A DNA stretch of 64,000 nt from Macrostomum lignano (lineage: Eukaryota), in assembly GCA_002269645.1 (NCBI GenBank), contig NIVC01000538.1, positions 248,001 to 312,000 on the forward strand. The letters run 5' to 3'. The notes beneath the pieces were generated by a model. It was not told the DNA's origin, made no database searches, and saw only the letters and a list, made by a program, of their open reading frames with translations. Position numbers and translations under genes: made by a program. Numbering within the stretch: position 1 is the first letter of the stretch; every line of letters starts with the position of its first letter. Positions 1 to 12,369 of this stretch are shown piece by piece.

Positions 1-1
1 C

Positions 2-2693
2 TTGATCTTGTTTCATCAGAAAAGCGACCGGCACCACGGTCACCGCGGTGAAGCTTCAGAGAAGTCCAGCGCTGGTGATACCAGCACCAAAGATGGTCAA
101 CAGAGCGGCGAGCCTGCCGCTGGCGCCTCGGCCGCCGCTTCAGACGACGAAGCCGACAATGAGGAAGCCGAAGACGAGGAGACTCGGCGCGTTCGGGAGC
201 GCCGCGAGCGCCAAGAGGCCAGCATTAGGGAGCGCCAGAAGGCCGTCAAAGAGGAGATGGCGTCTATTCTGCGCGAGCGGGACAAGGTAAACATGTCTAG
301 CTGATGTTCTCCTCGGGTTCGTATATATTTAATATTAAGCCGTTAGGTAGAGATGTGAGGAGATGGGGAAGATAGGGGAGAAAATGGGAAAGGTAAGGAC
401 AGGATGGGGAAGCTGAAGGAGAGGATGGGGAAATGATGGAGAGGATAGGGAAGCTGAAGGAGAGGATGGGGAAGATGAGGGAGATGATGGGGAACATGAG
501 GGAGAGGATGGGGAACATGAGGGAGAGGATGTGGAAGATGAAGGGAGGGTGGGGGAGTAGAAGGGAAAGATAAGGGAGAGGATATGGAAGGGTATTGAAA
601 AATATAGAGGAGAGGGTGAGGGAGGGGATGGGAAAGATGGGGGAGGGTGGGGGAAAGGGTGGGAAAGATGGGGGAGACGATGGGAAAGATGGGGGAGAGG
701 GTGGGGAAGATGGGGGAGAGGATGGGAAAGATGGGGAGAGGGTGGGGAAGATGGGGGAGAGGGTGGGAAGATGGGGGAGAGGGTGGGGAAGATGGGGAGA
801 GGATGGGAAAGATGGGGAGAGGGTGGGGAAGATGGGGGAGAGGGTGGGGAAGATGGGGAGAGGGTGGGGAAGATGGGGGAGAGGGTGGGGAAGATGGGGG
901 AGAGGGTGGGGAAGATGGGGAGAGGGTGGGAAGATGGGGGAGAGGGTGGGGAAGATGGGGAGAGGGTGGGGAAGATGGGGAGAGGGTGGGGAAGATGGGG
1001 AGAGGGTGGGGAAGATGGGGTGGGGAAGATGGGGAGAGGGTGGGGAAGATGGGGGAGAGGGTGGGGAAGATGGGGGAGAGGGTGGGGAAGATGGGGGAGA
1101 GGGTGGGGAAGATGGGGAGAGGATGGGAAGATAGGAAGGATGGGGGAAGAGGATGGGAGATGTTGGGGAGAGAGTGAGAATGTGGAAAATTATTCAGTTA
1201 GTAAGAGATAATGAGGATCTCCTTGCGGTTATTAATAAAATTTATAGAAGCATATACATTATTTACTCACTAAATTGTCTTATTTCACATCCCTAAACAA
1301 AGGAGCGCGACGCTCATAAGCACACGGAAGCTGCCGACATGTTCCGCGCCCTGCTCTCCGACATGGTGCGCCACCCCGATGCTACCTGGCGTGAAGTGAA
1401 AAAAGCGCTGCGCCGTGACGCCCGCTGGCAGGCGTGCGAAGCCCTCAGCCGGGACGAGAAAGCGGCCATCTTTGACGATCATTTGAAGACTCTTATTGGC
1501 AAAAGCAAAGAGATGTTCCACCGCCTCCTAGACGAGACCGACGGCATCGGGTTGGACATCACCTGGCACCAGGTGAAGCAATGCATTCGCGTGGCCTGAG
1601 AGCAAAGCAAAGCAAAATATTAAAGCTTTGATGTGCTTCGTATCTTAGTCAGTTAGCCCGCAACAAGCACTCTAGTTTTCTTCTGATAAGCTGTTTTAGT
1701 TTATCACAATGTTTATTAAGTAGTAATGTGCGTTTTGCCTCATTGCCTGTTAATCTGCAACAGAGGCAAATAAATTACTGTTGGATTAACCAATATGTAC
1801 TTTTGTAGCTACTGTTTTCACTACTGTAGTAAAACAAAGTTTTACTCGTTTAGAATACAAAAACAAATTATAGTTTATTAGAAATCATGATAAAAAGCGT
1901 CATGATAATCGCTAGAGTCATTGCAAACAACTCACTAGGATTCTAGCAACTCTGTAGCGACTCCTGTGACTTCCTCTGATTCGTTATAAATGCAAAATGC
2001 GATTCCAATATTCATAAAGTGGCGCAGATGCATTTTAGACGCAACTCTGTGATTCTACAGCGACTTCAGCACGTCTTAAACACGACTCTACGGCCCCACA
2101 ATCATCATAGAAGCGCCCCAGAGTCGCAGACAATAAAACGCCTCAAATTGACCCTTAGACGACTTTTTGGCTCTAGAGTCACATTGACATTACCTATTTT
2201 ACCTGTTACTGGTAACGATTCTCGGGCAATGCAAGTGACTCTGGGACGCTTCTTGGTCTGGGCACCGTCTGATCTGAGTGCCCAAAGCCCTCGCCTGCGA
2301 AGTAGGCAGCCAAATGAACCATATTCATTTCATTGACAGGCCCGCCGGCTCATACGCGACGATCCGCGCTACAAGCGATTCTCCAGCAGCGAAAAGAAAC
2401 GCGAGCGCGAGTTCAACGCCTGGCTGGAAGGCCGGCTAGATCGGGCCCGCCAGGAGCTCCGCCGCCTCCTAGACGAGTGCAAGTTCATCACGCACGAGAC
2501 CGGGCGGCGCTACGAGGAGAGCGAAACGGTCCGCCGCGACCTGACCTCGGCTCTGGCCAAGGACCGGCGCTACCTGGTGTTCGAGCCGCTGCCCGCCCAG
2601 CGGGATCGCATCATTCTGGACTATTTGCGCGAGTGCGAGGCCAAGGGACCGCCGCCGCCGCCTACGGCTAGCGAGCCGGGCAAGCGAAAGTAA
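2..2693 (+). CDS. TCERG1: Transcription elongation regulator 1 (CA150), 3' part; exons <2..286, 1303..1572, 2340..2693
   Basis: Three phase-0 exons with GT/AG boundaries (donors 287 GTAAAC and 1573 GTGAAG; acceptors ending 1302 and 2339). The translation gives FF-repeat segments (FRALLSDMVRHPDATWREVKKALRRDARW; FHRLLDET..ITWHQ|ARRLIRDDPRYKRFSSSEKKREREF) and ends KDRRYLV...GPPPPPTASEPGKRK*, matching the characteristic TCERG1 C-terminus. Confidence 0.93.
350..1170 (+). repeat. Purine-rich minisatellite (~21-bp unit GGGTGGGGAAGATGGGGGAGA) in a TCERG1 intron
   Basis: Tandem G/A-rich units are directly visible, most regular at ~690-1130. They explain the spurious ORFs 595..1134, 647..1177 and 771..1211. 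Confidence 0.95.
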
Positions 2694-2840
2694 CCGGAAG
2701 TAGCCGGAAGTGGCCGGATATCATTAGTATAGCGGATATTCGATCTGTAAAATGTCACCCATCCTGTCATCGTGTCTTATAGCGCAGATCTGTCTAATAC
2801 TCTTACTAGACGATGAACCACTCCAGGTGTTCGATTTTTT

Positions 2841-2887
2841 CCCGAACTCGGTACCAAAACCCGACCCCGAACCCCAGACACCCCTAG
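2841..2887 (-). mobile_element. Terminal fragment of a non-autonomous DNA transposon (TAGGGGTG-type end), same family as 8554..8697
   Basis: The reverse complement reads TAGGGGTGTCTGGGGTTCGGGGTCGGGTTTTGGTACCGAGTTCGGG, closely matching the sequence starting at 8554. The hAT-like assignment rests on the TAGGG terminus only. Confidence 0.55.
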
Positions 2888-4255
2888 GAACAAGCAACCA
2901 CAGTAAAATCATATTTCTCCGAGGTTGTGCTGACTTTTCATCTCCAAGATGTCACTTCATCAGAGAAAGACGCTAATGGCGTCTGCTTTAATACTGAAGT
3001 ATAAATAGGAGACAGGAAAATTATAGTGTTTTTTTTGGAGAAATAATATGTTTAAGTGGCAAGCTCTCAACATTACGAGATTATATTATCGACACCACAA
3101 TTTGCAGATCGAAATTCGCTTCTTTTTTGTTGTTTCACTCGCCATAATTTAAATCTGTGACCTGATGCTACTGTTAGTAGCACTGTCGATTGCATCAAGT
3201 TTTCGGTCAAATATATTGTGTAAAACTGGGCATAAGCTGTTGCTAAGCAAGAGCAATGATAGCTGAATTGATTGCATCTTTTTGTTCTCCCCTCCCTTGT
3301 CTCGTTTATGTATCTTTTCTGATGAATAGCTTAATAATACATATTCCATTTGTGTCCGTATTACCAGTTTCTTCAATTGTCATTCTTTGCCTCCCCTGTG
3401 TAGAATTTTTAAACTGTTTCCTAGGCATCCACAGTTGTTGTCAGCGACGTTTATTAAATTATTATTGTTATATAGCTAATTTACATTCTGGCCTATGCTA
3501 TTTTATTGTATGTTTTTGCCCCCCATGCGCTTAGTCAGTAGCATGTAACGCATAGTGTTGCCTGCAATTCATTATTAAGCTAATTACCGTACCAATTTGA
3601 CCTGCTTATCCGATTGTCCCGTTACTGACGCTTAGCAGCAACCTTTTGCTCGTGTTTTTTATATTGTAATAAACTATATCCATTGGAATTATGTTCCTTA
3701 TTGTGTGAACGGTAACGGTTTCTGCGTTCTGGTTTAATCCTTTTCATCACAGATTAAAGATCAAATTGAGGACCTTCGGAATAATAGCTTCCTTTATAAT
3801 TGTTTCCTTCTTTTAAGTTTAGTAGCTCGGAGGGTTTGCAAAACTTTTTTCGGGGACCCAACTCTCACCTATTGCTAGCCAGTTTCCCCTCTACTTAAAA
3901 AACTTAACTACAGAATACTCCTAATAGTAGTGTAAATTGAAAGTTGCAACTTTTTATTCCTACTTTTACCCATGGGCTTCGTTATAAATCAAATTCTTTA
4001 AATTCTTATAATCAACGAAATCCAGCGAGGAATAAAGAAGTCACTTCGCTTCCATATCTCCTGTGTTCCCTGATCTGCAAGAGAAGGGGGCGGAGGACGG
4101 CAGCAAGGCCTTTTCATTTCTGAGCAGTCGCTCAACAGACTAAGCAATAGGAGCGCATTTTACACAGCTTTCCACGCGAACTGTTAGCTGCTTAGTAAAT
4201 AATAGACGGAAAATTAGGATTTTTTTATGATAGGGCCCTATGTCTGCTATTCCAG

Positions 4256-6656
4256 TCTTTCAATAGCGAACAGGCCGAGCTCGGCAATCCGTTTTTGCCC
4301 AGTCGGCGACTTGCCCGCAGCCCTCCGCCAGCAGCGACGCCGACGGCGGTTGAGGGCGCGATGGCGCCGCTAGCGTCTTCGCAGCCGCACGACTTTGTAA
4401 AATCGACTGACAGTGACGGAGATGCGGTCTGTAGCAAGCCTTTGACGGTGAGAGTTTTTGTTAGTGTATGTTGGATGTTGGATTAATGCTTTTAATTGTG
4501 ACAGTATTTATCATGGTTTTATTTGTACTTTGTAGGCTCCTGCAGTGACTATTTCGGAACCGGAAGTGGAGGCAAAAATCGAGTCACGGCTTGATACGAA
4601 ATCGAATTCGGTAGCAAATCCGGAGAATGTATCGGCAGGACTGGAAGTAGCGCCTGAAATTCCGAAAGAAGCAGAGCTAGAAGCGGCGCCAGAAGTTCCA
4701 CAGGAAGAGGAACCTGAAGTTCCGCCGGATGTTCCACAAGAAGAGGAACCTGAAGTTCCGCCGGATGTTCCACAGGAAGAGGAACCTGAAGTTCCGCCGG
4801 ATGTTCCACAGGAAGCGAAACTGGAAAGGACGCCGGAATCGGGAAGAAAAAACGAGGAAAATTCTGCTGATTCCTTGACGACAGCTAACCCGATTGCCAC
4901 CCAGGGCGACCCGGAGCTGCACCGGCGGCTGCTGGAAGCCGAGGCCCAGGTTGCGCACCTGGTTGAAGAGAACGGTCGCCTGCGATTCGATGTGGACTGC
5001 TCACACCTGGTGTTCGGCGAATTCGACCGCTGCCTGCGCAGGCTCAACGAGCAGAAGCTGACAGGCGATCGACAGGTTGAAGGCATTCTTAGGGAGAAGA
5101 TTCAGGTAAGATATTCTCATCCATGTTTTCTGCATGTTTGGTATATGAGGATAAGCGGTTTTTTTATTATGCCGCTCTGTCGCATGGCAGGCTCTCGAGG
5201 ATCTCCGATCGATGGAGGCGGCATTCACTGAGTTGCATAGGCGCTTCGAACGGTCAAAACTGGTTGTTGAGGCTCTGCGAAATAAGGAGGCCGCACTTAA
5301 TCGGTGTGCGAGCGAGTGTCAGGTTAGTAAATGTGCAGGGATGTGCCGATATGCCAGTGAGAGGGGCGATGCTGGTGAGCAGGGAGAGGAGATGCCAGTG
5401 AGAGAGGGAAGATGGCAGTGAAAGTGGAGAAGCCAGTGAGAGAGGGGAGAAGCCATGGTGAGAGAGGGAGAAGCCAGTGAGAGGGGAGATGCCAGTGAGC
5501 AGGGAGAGGAGATGCCAGTGAGAGGGGAGATGAGATGCCAGTGAGAGGGGAGATGCCAGTGAGCAGGGAGAGGAGATGCCAGTGAGAGGGGAGATGCCAG
5601 TGAGCAGGGAGAGGAGATGCCAGTGAGAGGGGAGATGCCAGTGAGAGGGGAGATGCCAGTGAGAGGGGAGATGCCAGTGAGCAGGGAGAGGAGATGCCAG
5701 TGAGAGGGGAGATGAGATGCCAGTGAGAGGGGAGATGCCAGTGAGCAGGGAGAGGAGATGCCAGTGAGAGGGGAGATGCCAGTGAGCAGGGAGAGGAGAT
5801 GCCAGTGAGAGGGGAGATGAGATGCCAGTGAGAGGGGAGATGCCAGTGAGCAGGGAGAGGAGAAGCCAGTGAGAGGGGAGATGCCATGCAGGGAGAGGAG
5901 ATGCCAGTGAGAGGGGAGATGAGATGCCAGTGAGAGGGGAGATGCCAGTGAGCAGGGAGAGGAGATGCCAGTGAGAGGGGAGATGCCAGTGAGCAGGGAG
6001 AGGAGATGCCAGTGAGAGGGGAGATGCCAGTGAGCAGGGAGAGGAGATGCCAGTGAGAGGGGAGATGCCAGTGAGCAGGGAGAGGAGATGCCAGTGAGAG
6101 GGGAGGATATGCCAGTGAGAGGGGAGATGCCAGGAAGAGGGAACGGAACTGTCATACGTTTAGACCGGGATGGATCAAATAGGTTTTCTGTGAGATAGAT
6201 GGCAAGCAAGGAAGAACGAGAAAGCAACCCATCATCTAAGAACCATTTTCTCGTAAAATTTTTGACACAATCAATAAAGTAAATGGTAGCATGGTAGTCT
6301 GAAAGATAGTTAATAAACATATGTAGAGCACTGCATCAACGTCGACGACGTTAATTGTTTAAACAAAGCCAACACCTGACCTCACCTGACAGACTCGCCT
6401 CGCGCGCAACGAGCAGCGCTATCACGATTTGAAGGCGCTCGCCGAGACCCGGCTGGAGGCGGCCAGCCGTTACTTGGCTGAGCAGCGCCGCGCCGCCGAC
6501 GCTGACGTGGCCCGGCTGCAGGCGGTGCTGCGCAAGGCGGAGCTGCGAACTCACAATCTGCAGGCTGAGCTCGACCAGCGGGTGCGGGAGAATGCCGAGC
6601 TCACGAGCATCTGCGATGAGCTCATTCGTCAGGTGGGACAGGATAGTGACGCCTGA
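4256..6656 (+). CDS. TACC: TACC-family (transforming acidic coiled-coil) protein; exons 4256..4447, 4536..5105, 5191..5322, 6393..6656; start exon not resolved
   Basis: The phase-0 exon chain has canonical splice sites. The C-terminus (MEAAFTELHRRFERSKLVVEALRNKEAALNRC..|TRLARNEQRYHDLKALAETRL...LRKAELR...ENAELTSICDELI) matches the TACC domain pattern. The N-terminal part has an NPF...SP motif and an acidic, Pro-rich region. Confidence 0.88.
4695..4815 (+). repeat. Coding 36-bp tandem repeat (VPQEEEPEVPPD x3 plus a partial copy) in a TACC exon
   Basis: Units start at 4695, 4731, 4767 and 4803 (partial). Confidence 0.95.
5355..6133 (+). repeat. Compound minisatellite (GATGCCAGTGAGAGGGGA / GATGCCAGTGAGCAGGGAGAGGA units) in a TACC intron
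   Basis: Alternating ~18- and ~23-bp units are directly visible. They explain the spurious antisense ORFs 5319..6320 and 5324..5887. Confidence 0.95.
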
Positions 6657-6738
6657 CTTTGTCTGCCTGTCACCGTGTAAAATAGTGTAAAATAACTCCC
6701 AGTTCTGAGCCTGTTTCAGTTGATACCACATATACTAG

Positions 6739-7163
6739 AATAACTAGATGGCCCACTCAGCACATTTGCGTGTAAGCTACTTTCAGTTCAGTAGTAAGTT
6801 AAACTGAAGCGTTTTAATGTATTTTTAAAGACATGGCTCATTTATTGGCTCTTCCCCCAGATTAAAACCCTCCAACCGCGCCTTTCCACACTACCCCGCC
6901 CCACCGCAATTGTTATTGCCTTTCTCGGAATTCAAGCCTAAAGCTGCCATGTACATTTCAGTGGGCTAATGTACATTATTACTGCTAAACCAATCAGCAA
7001 GCTGTTTAAGCCCGCAAGCTTGGTCGAACTTGGTAAGCTTATCAAAGTCATTTCAGCTGCCTTTATTCTTATAAAATAGCTTATGTATTCTTCTTTGCTA
7101 CTGAACTGAAAGTAGAAAGCTGTTTTACTGAGTGTATATGCCTGAGTGGCCCATCTAGTTATT
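6739..7163. mobile_element. MITE-like element with 22-bp inverted termini AATAACTAGATGG[C/G]CCACTCAG
   Basis: Left arm at 6739..6760; reverse-complement arm ending 7163 (1 mismatch). A related terminus plus the internal motif CTACTTTCAGTTCAGTAG recurs at ~31660-31730. Confidence 0.55.
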
Positions 7164-8047
7164 TTATAATCTGTGATTGATACTTTGCTAGCTAGTGGTT
7201 TCTTCTGAGCTGAGCTGCTGAGCTGCAGTTTCACACATTTTTATTTTATCATTTTCATTTTTATCAATAATCATTCTATAATTTGTCCTAACTATTCTTG
7301 TGTTACACATTCCGCATGCAGTTTGCTTTTGCAAGCCCGTGCATTATTGGGTGATATTGCGTGCAGGTCTTTTGCCTCTGATCTATTTGTTAGAAGATTT
7401 AAATGTTACCTTTTGCACACAGCTTATTGTAGAATGCATCTGTGCAACCGAACTCTTTGTTTTGTCTTCTATTGTCTAAATCTGTACGTTGAGCAGCTGA
7501 TCGTGGCAATTGGTCTTTTGTCTTTATTTTCCTCTTAGTCTTGCTGCTGGTTCCGGTGCAATCACCTTCTGTTTTATAATTGTCTGATATCTTCTGTTCT
7601 TATCGCTAAACCAATTTGTGTTCAACATTTCCTAGTGCCTTGCGCAGTTAGGAATAGTCACATTATTGTTAGTCAGTTTTTGGCGAAAATATATTTGCTT
7701 TTTTGTAATTGAATAAAACCTAAACGCTTTTAGAGTTTTTTGAATATCAAATCATGAACTGGAATCTCGACCTCTGTGGTCAAAATGAAAATTTATTAAA
7801 TGTTTTCAGATAGGCTCCTTATAAGACTGCTTTTTTTCAGCAACACCATCGAGCACAAGCAACGTGTAGAAAACAAGCTTCTACCTCTATAAGGTAGTAT
7901 TTTCAGGATTTTTTTTAACAGTGAAGACGAACACTTTGCTACAGATACATCGGCCATACTCGTACATATACGCTCGTACATCCCATTGGGATGAGAATTG
8001 TGTTGTGGGCAAATCTTGCGATAGAACTCAATAAGTCTCCATTAGGG

Positions 8048-8330
8048 AATACAAAATCCCGAGTTTTGCCAATCCCGGGATTCTCGGGATCGGGATATCC
8101 CGGAGATGGAGAGCTGGTAGCCTAGGTTGTGGTCCGATGGCAAGGTCCAACTCCAACTGTTCTAATCCCAACTACGATCAAGGAGTTTTGAAGGTATAGG
8201 GACTTACTAATACAAAATCCAGAGTTTTGCCAATCCCGGGATTCTCGGGATCGGGATATCCCGGACTTTGCCAATCCCGGGATCCCGACAAATTGGGCCG
8301 GGATCCCGGGATTTAAAAAGTTTAATCTTT
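8048..8330 (+). repeat. 57-bp direct repeat (AATACAAAATCC..CCCGGGATTCTCGGGATCGGGATATCCCGGA) at 8048..8104 and 8209..8265 with CCCGGGAT subrepeats; probable non-autonomous DNA-transposon end
   Basis: The direct repeat is visible, and each copy is preceded by TAGGGA. Confidence 0.7.
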
Positions 8331-8553
8331 GTTGATGCAACTTTGGTTTACGAAGCCATCTAATCTGATTTTATAGGGCTTTCAAAATAAAGTAGAACAA
8401 AACAAAATATTTTGCAAACAAGAAACTGACAGTGAGCTCTGAATTTGGAGTGTGTGTGATGTACGGACTGGCATATTAGACGTTCTATTTTACATGCCAG
8501 TATCAGCTCAGGAAAATCCCACTTGAATGTGATGTCAACTGGGGATTGGGGAA

Positions 8554-8697
8554 TAGGGGTGTTCGGGGTTCGGGGTCGGGTCGGGTTTCGGGTCGGGTTT
8601 TGGTACCGGGTTCGGGGTTCGTGGTAGGTGTTCCGGGTCGGGTTCGGGGTTCGGGTCGGGTTTGGCCACCGGGTTTTCGGGGTTTTCGGGGTTTTGA
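8554..8697 (+). mobile_element. TAGGGGTG-initiated transposon terminus with (GGGTTC/GGGTCG)n subterminal repeats
   Basis: The subterminal repeat array is visible and there is a homologous inverted fragment at 2841..2887. Confidence 0.6.
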
Positions 8698-11129
8698 ACA
8701 ATTATCATTCTCAAGAGTATTTTCAAGCACTTTTTACTCCTTATGCAAAATCCACAATGCGAAAGATATGCATTGAGTTTCAGGTACAACTTAAGTTATA
8801 TTTTACATACAATTTGAAACGGAAATAGCAGATAGAACCATGGATTCATTTACACTTTCTGGTAAATAACGATTGTCGTTTTTCGACCCATTCAGTCTTG
8901 CAGTTGATGATTTAAAAAATTGCGTTCAGTAATAATTTTACATGTGCTACGTGTAACATGGTCTGAACTTCTGGATTGGATGAGGAAGCTTAAAATTTAT
9001 AAATACACTATTATTCTCCACGCATCAGTCGCCAATAATCAATTATCACAATGATTACCTACTCATATCAGCATACAATTTTATGTAAAGACGTCACTTT
9101 AGTTTTTACATAGCAATTCTGTTATACCACTACTGACTTACTGTTAACTGTAGTCAAAAGTAAAAATAAATATATATTTGTGATTAACTTTCCTGTTTCA
9201 TTGCATCATTGTTTTATCTGTGCTATCTCTTTATCGCTCTAGTTCTATCTCTACTGATATCTACACTACAGGGTATAATCTAATTTTATTGTACTCTGTT
9301 TTTGCAGCTTAAATAAACTCATAGATGTAATATTACTATGAAAGCAATTTCGTTGTAAGTATAGGTACGAAATGGTCCTGATTTTAGTTGTGAGTGTCCG
9401 TCTGACTTATTTTCATTTGTAAAAATGGAAGCTCTTACTCGTACGATATAGCTTCAGTGAAATTGGTTAACTCTCCGTGCAGACGCCTTATCAACTTTAC
9501 AACTCCCGCAAGTCTTAAACTGTCTTTCTTTCCCTCTCTGTCCCTTTGATCTGATTGGCTGGGACTGGCCCCGTGTTTTATTGTGTTTAATGGCTTTCAA
9601 GGCCACCCGGCCGGCTTTTTCAACAAACGCGCACCCCCAAACCCCTTCAATTCTTGCATCCAAAGTCAGCATGCAGTATATTTTATCAGCCCCCTCGATT
9701 TCGGTTACAATTATCGATCGACTTTCTGCCTTGCCTTGCCTTATGTCTTGGTGGGGTTGGTTTGGTAGGCCGCGCCAGTCAGCCAATTAAAGATTTGAGA
9801 CCATAATAAAGGCTGCTGCATGCTTTAATAACCCCCTCTTGCTATTTTCGTGATGGCCTTCAGCCTCGCATATTTACGTGCAAGATGGCATCACGAATCA
9901 CGAATGGAATCTTTCCCTATCCTTCAATAGACAATCATTTTGTTCTGCAGGCAGAAATCTTGGACGCCACTACAAATCTGGTGAGAATACTGGATTAGTG
10001 CTGATTTATATTATATTTTATATTTTGTGCATTTTTATTAAATTAGTCAGTTCAAGCCATGGTCGGTACGGTAGAGTAGGTACAGTAGGTCGGTGCTACT
10101 TAAGATCTGATTATGTTAACCATGACTTCAAGCCTTATGCCTTATTACTATATATAGTAATAGTAATAGAATATACAATGTAGGGATTTTAGTAGTACTA
10201 TGTATTCAAATTTTTCGAATATCTTACGCAAGTTCTAGGGCTACGAATCAAGGTCTTTGAGTTAGTTTTAGGAAAATGTAGTTTACATTACAACAGTAGC
10301 CAGAACAGAAGCATTTATTAGGTTTAGGTTTTTATTTAATAAATTTTACCTTAAATACAGACAATTCCAGATCTAATTCTTTTAAAATCTATACTAGCCT
10401 ATATCTTCGAGATATAGTCGATTTATTTTGCTTCTACTTCTATTCCACATGCTACTATGCTACTGCTACTATAGTATAATGTGAATTCTACTTTATATCT
10501 GCACCTTCTGCCTAGAGAAGATTGCTTGGAGATCACAAAGTTAAAAGTTAGGTGGGTAGCAAATTTTCCAAATTTGAAATTATACGTTCAAAAGCTGGCA
10601 AAATGGCAACCCGACCAAAAATAAGTTTGCCATTTATAAAGTAATAACGGTGGCAACAGTGCCTCAGTTTCCCTTCCCGTCGTTATTGGCCTCCGCCCTA
10701 TCCTCACTTCCTCAGCGGAGGCCAGTCGGCTGATACTAGATGGGGGTTGACGTTGAGCCATGCGGGAGCCGTCCATCCGAGGGTGACGGTGGCCTTGATT
10801 GTACCCTTGTGGTACACGATACCACTTGCATCAACATACAGGTGCCGCTGGAGCAGAAGCTGCCGTAGCTGCTCCCGGGACTTGATTGCGCATTGTGCTA
10901 GCTTCTCAGTATCAATACTCAGCACCTATATATAGTCGTATAGAATGTAATAATACAAATATGGAATTTTAGCCATTTAGAAAGGGCTTTCTCGAGCTCT
11001 TTCCTGAAGTCAAGAGACACTCGACCATGTATGGGAGAGTTATCACTGCATTCAATTGTTCAGTTTTCGATTGGTTGTGGCGCGGAGCGCCGGAAACTTT
11101 CGCCAAAACAAACGATTGACTATCCAGCT

Positions 11130-12060
11130 AATACAACCAAGCAGATACCCATTATTAGACCCGATAGTTTTTTGTTTAAGCGCACACTTGGTGAAAAGGG
11201 ATCAAGTGCTACACAGTAAAAGCGCGATGCAGGAGGAATTTGATAAACCCAACTTTAAAGTTAGCCGGCACGGCATCAAAGTATAAAATCAGCCTAGTGA
11301 ACGTGGGTTTACGGTAGACTTAATTGATTGAGGGCTCTGTCCGGAGCAGTCAACTTCAGTGTTCAGAAGAAAATAAAGCTTATTTTATCCACCCTCAACT
11401 GTGAACTTAGTGGGTGGAATTGATAGCCTCAAAAAAATCCGAATGGTTCTTCCAATTGTCAAACACGGTAAACGTATAATCCACGTAGTGCTTGTAAAAC
11501 ATCGTGGCACATGGTAGTTTTAACCTCTTCCCAATGAGCCATGCACAGATAACAATGGGCTACTAATTTCACAGCCATTGATTTGGCAGTTATATTGGTT
11601 CTCAAACATTAAAATCCCAGAAATGGCAAATTCTAACTTTCTTAAAAGAACTCTTTAGAGTAGTCAGATGATCACATTGGTAGTCCTAGTCAGAGAAAAG
11701 ATAGATAGCACATTTAACAGGGATGTTGGTGAATAGAGCTGCCACATCATAACTAAACACCAAATCACTCCCATTCCCATTCCTATGGCCAATAGATTTC
11801 ATAAATTCTCTGTTCGTTCTTAAAATAATTCTGAGCAACCTTGGGTTTAATAAGATTGTCAAGAAATTTGGCAATCATAGTCAACAGAATTCACCATTTA
11901 GACAATCCAGAGCCTTACAGAGCCGAAGTATTGGTCCACCGAGTCAAGTTGGCTATTTTAACCTTCCAAGCACGCGTTAGGACTTCTTCAGACTGTTGCC
12001 TGGCATCCATAACTCAAAGCGCATCAACGATTCTAATAGTGAAAAAGGGCAAGACTTTTT
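11130..12060 (-). pseudogene. Decayed Penelope-like retroelement RT/thumb fragment
   Basis: Minus-strand pieces show SYDVAALFTNIP (RT motif), NGCEISSPL (degenerate GxAMGSPL), KHYVDY (degenerate YVDD) and VYRKPTFT..FKVGFIKFLLHRAFTVCST (PLE thumb), with many stops and frameshifts. Confidence 0.85.
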
Positions 12061-12369
12061 AAGGTATTTGCACACAAAAACGAGGATCACAACACCAATA
12101 TGCGAGGATTTCTAAAGTATTTGTACACTTACAGGAGCATCAGAACACACCAATGGCCAAGAATTCGTACAGCGTTGCTATGATTAATATTGTAAAACAC
12201 AAAAAAACTGTCACCCCTAAATAGGATTATTTTCACTCTGCGATATTTGATATTTGACGAAAACTACTAAATCCGTTAGTCACTCACTCGTCCAATATAT
12301 TCCGTTAAAGTTGCTTAATTTTAATATACAATAATTCAAAACTACATGTAACTCAATCAAGCGGCACAT

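Noticed and set aside
595-1211. Long Gly/Glu/Trp-rich ORFs
   Set aside because: They are translations of the intronic 21-bp minisatellite.
1573-1599. In-frame read-through VKQCIRVA* after TCERG1 exon 2, resembling the expected VKKII
   Set aside because: The next exon already supplies the equivalent residues (ARRLIRDDPRY), and the alternative donor at 1591 (GTGGCC) is poor. It is treated as intron, although RNA-seq could test it.
5319-6320. 333-aa minus-strand ORF
   Set aside because: It is the antisense reading of the TACC intronic minisatellite.
8554-12219. TAGGGGTG (8554) and CACCCCTA (12212-12219) as paired TIRs of one element
   Set aside because: The match is only 8 bp, there is no target-site duplication, and the subterminal repeats are absent at the right end.
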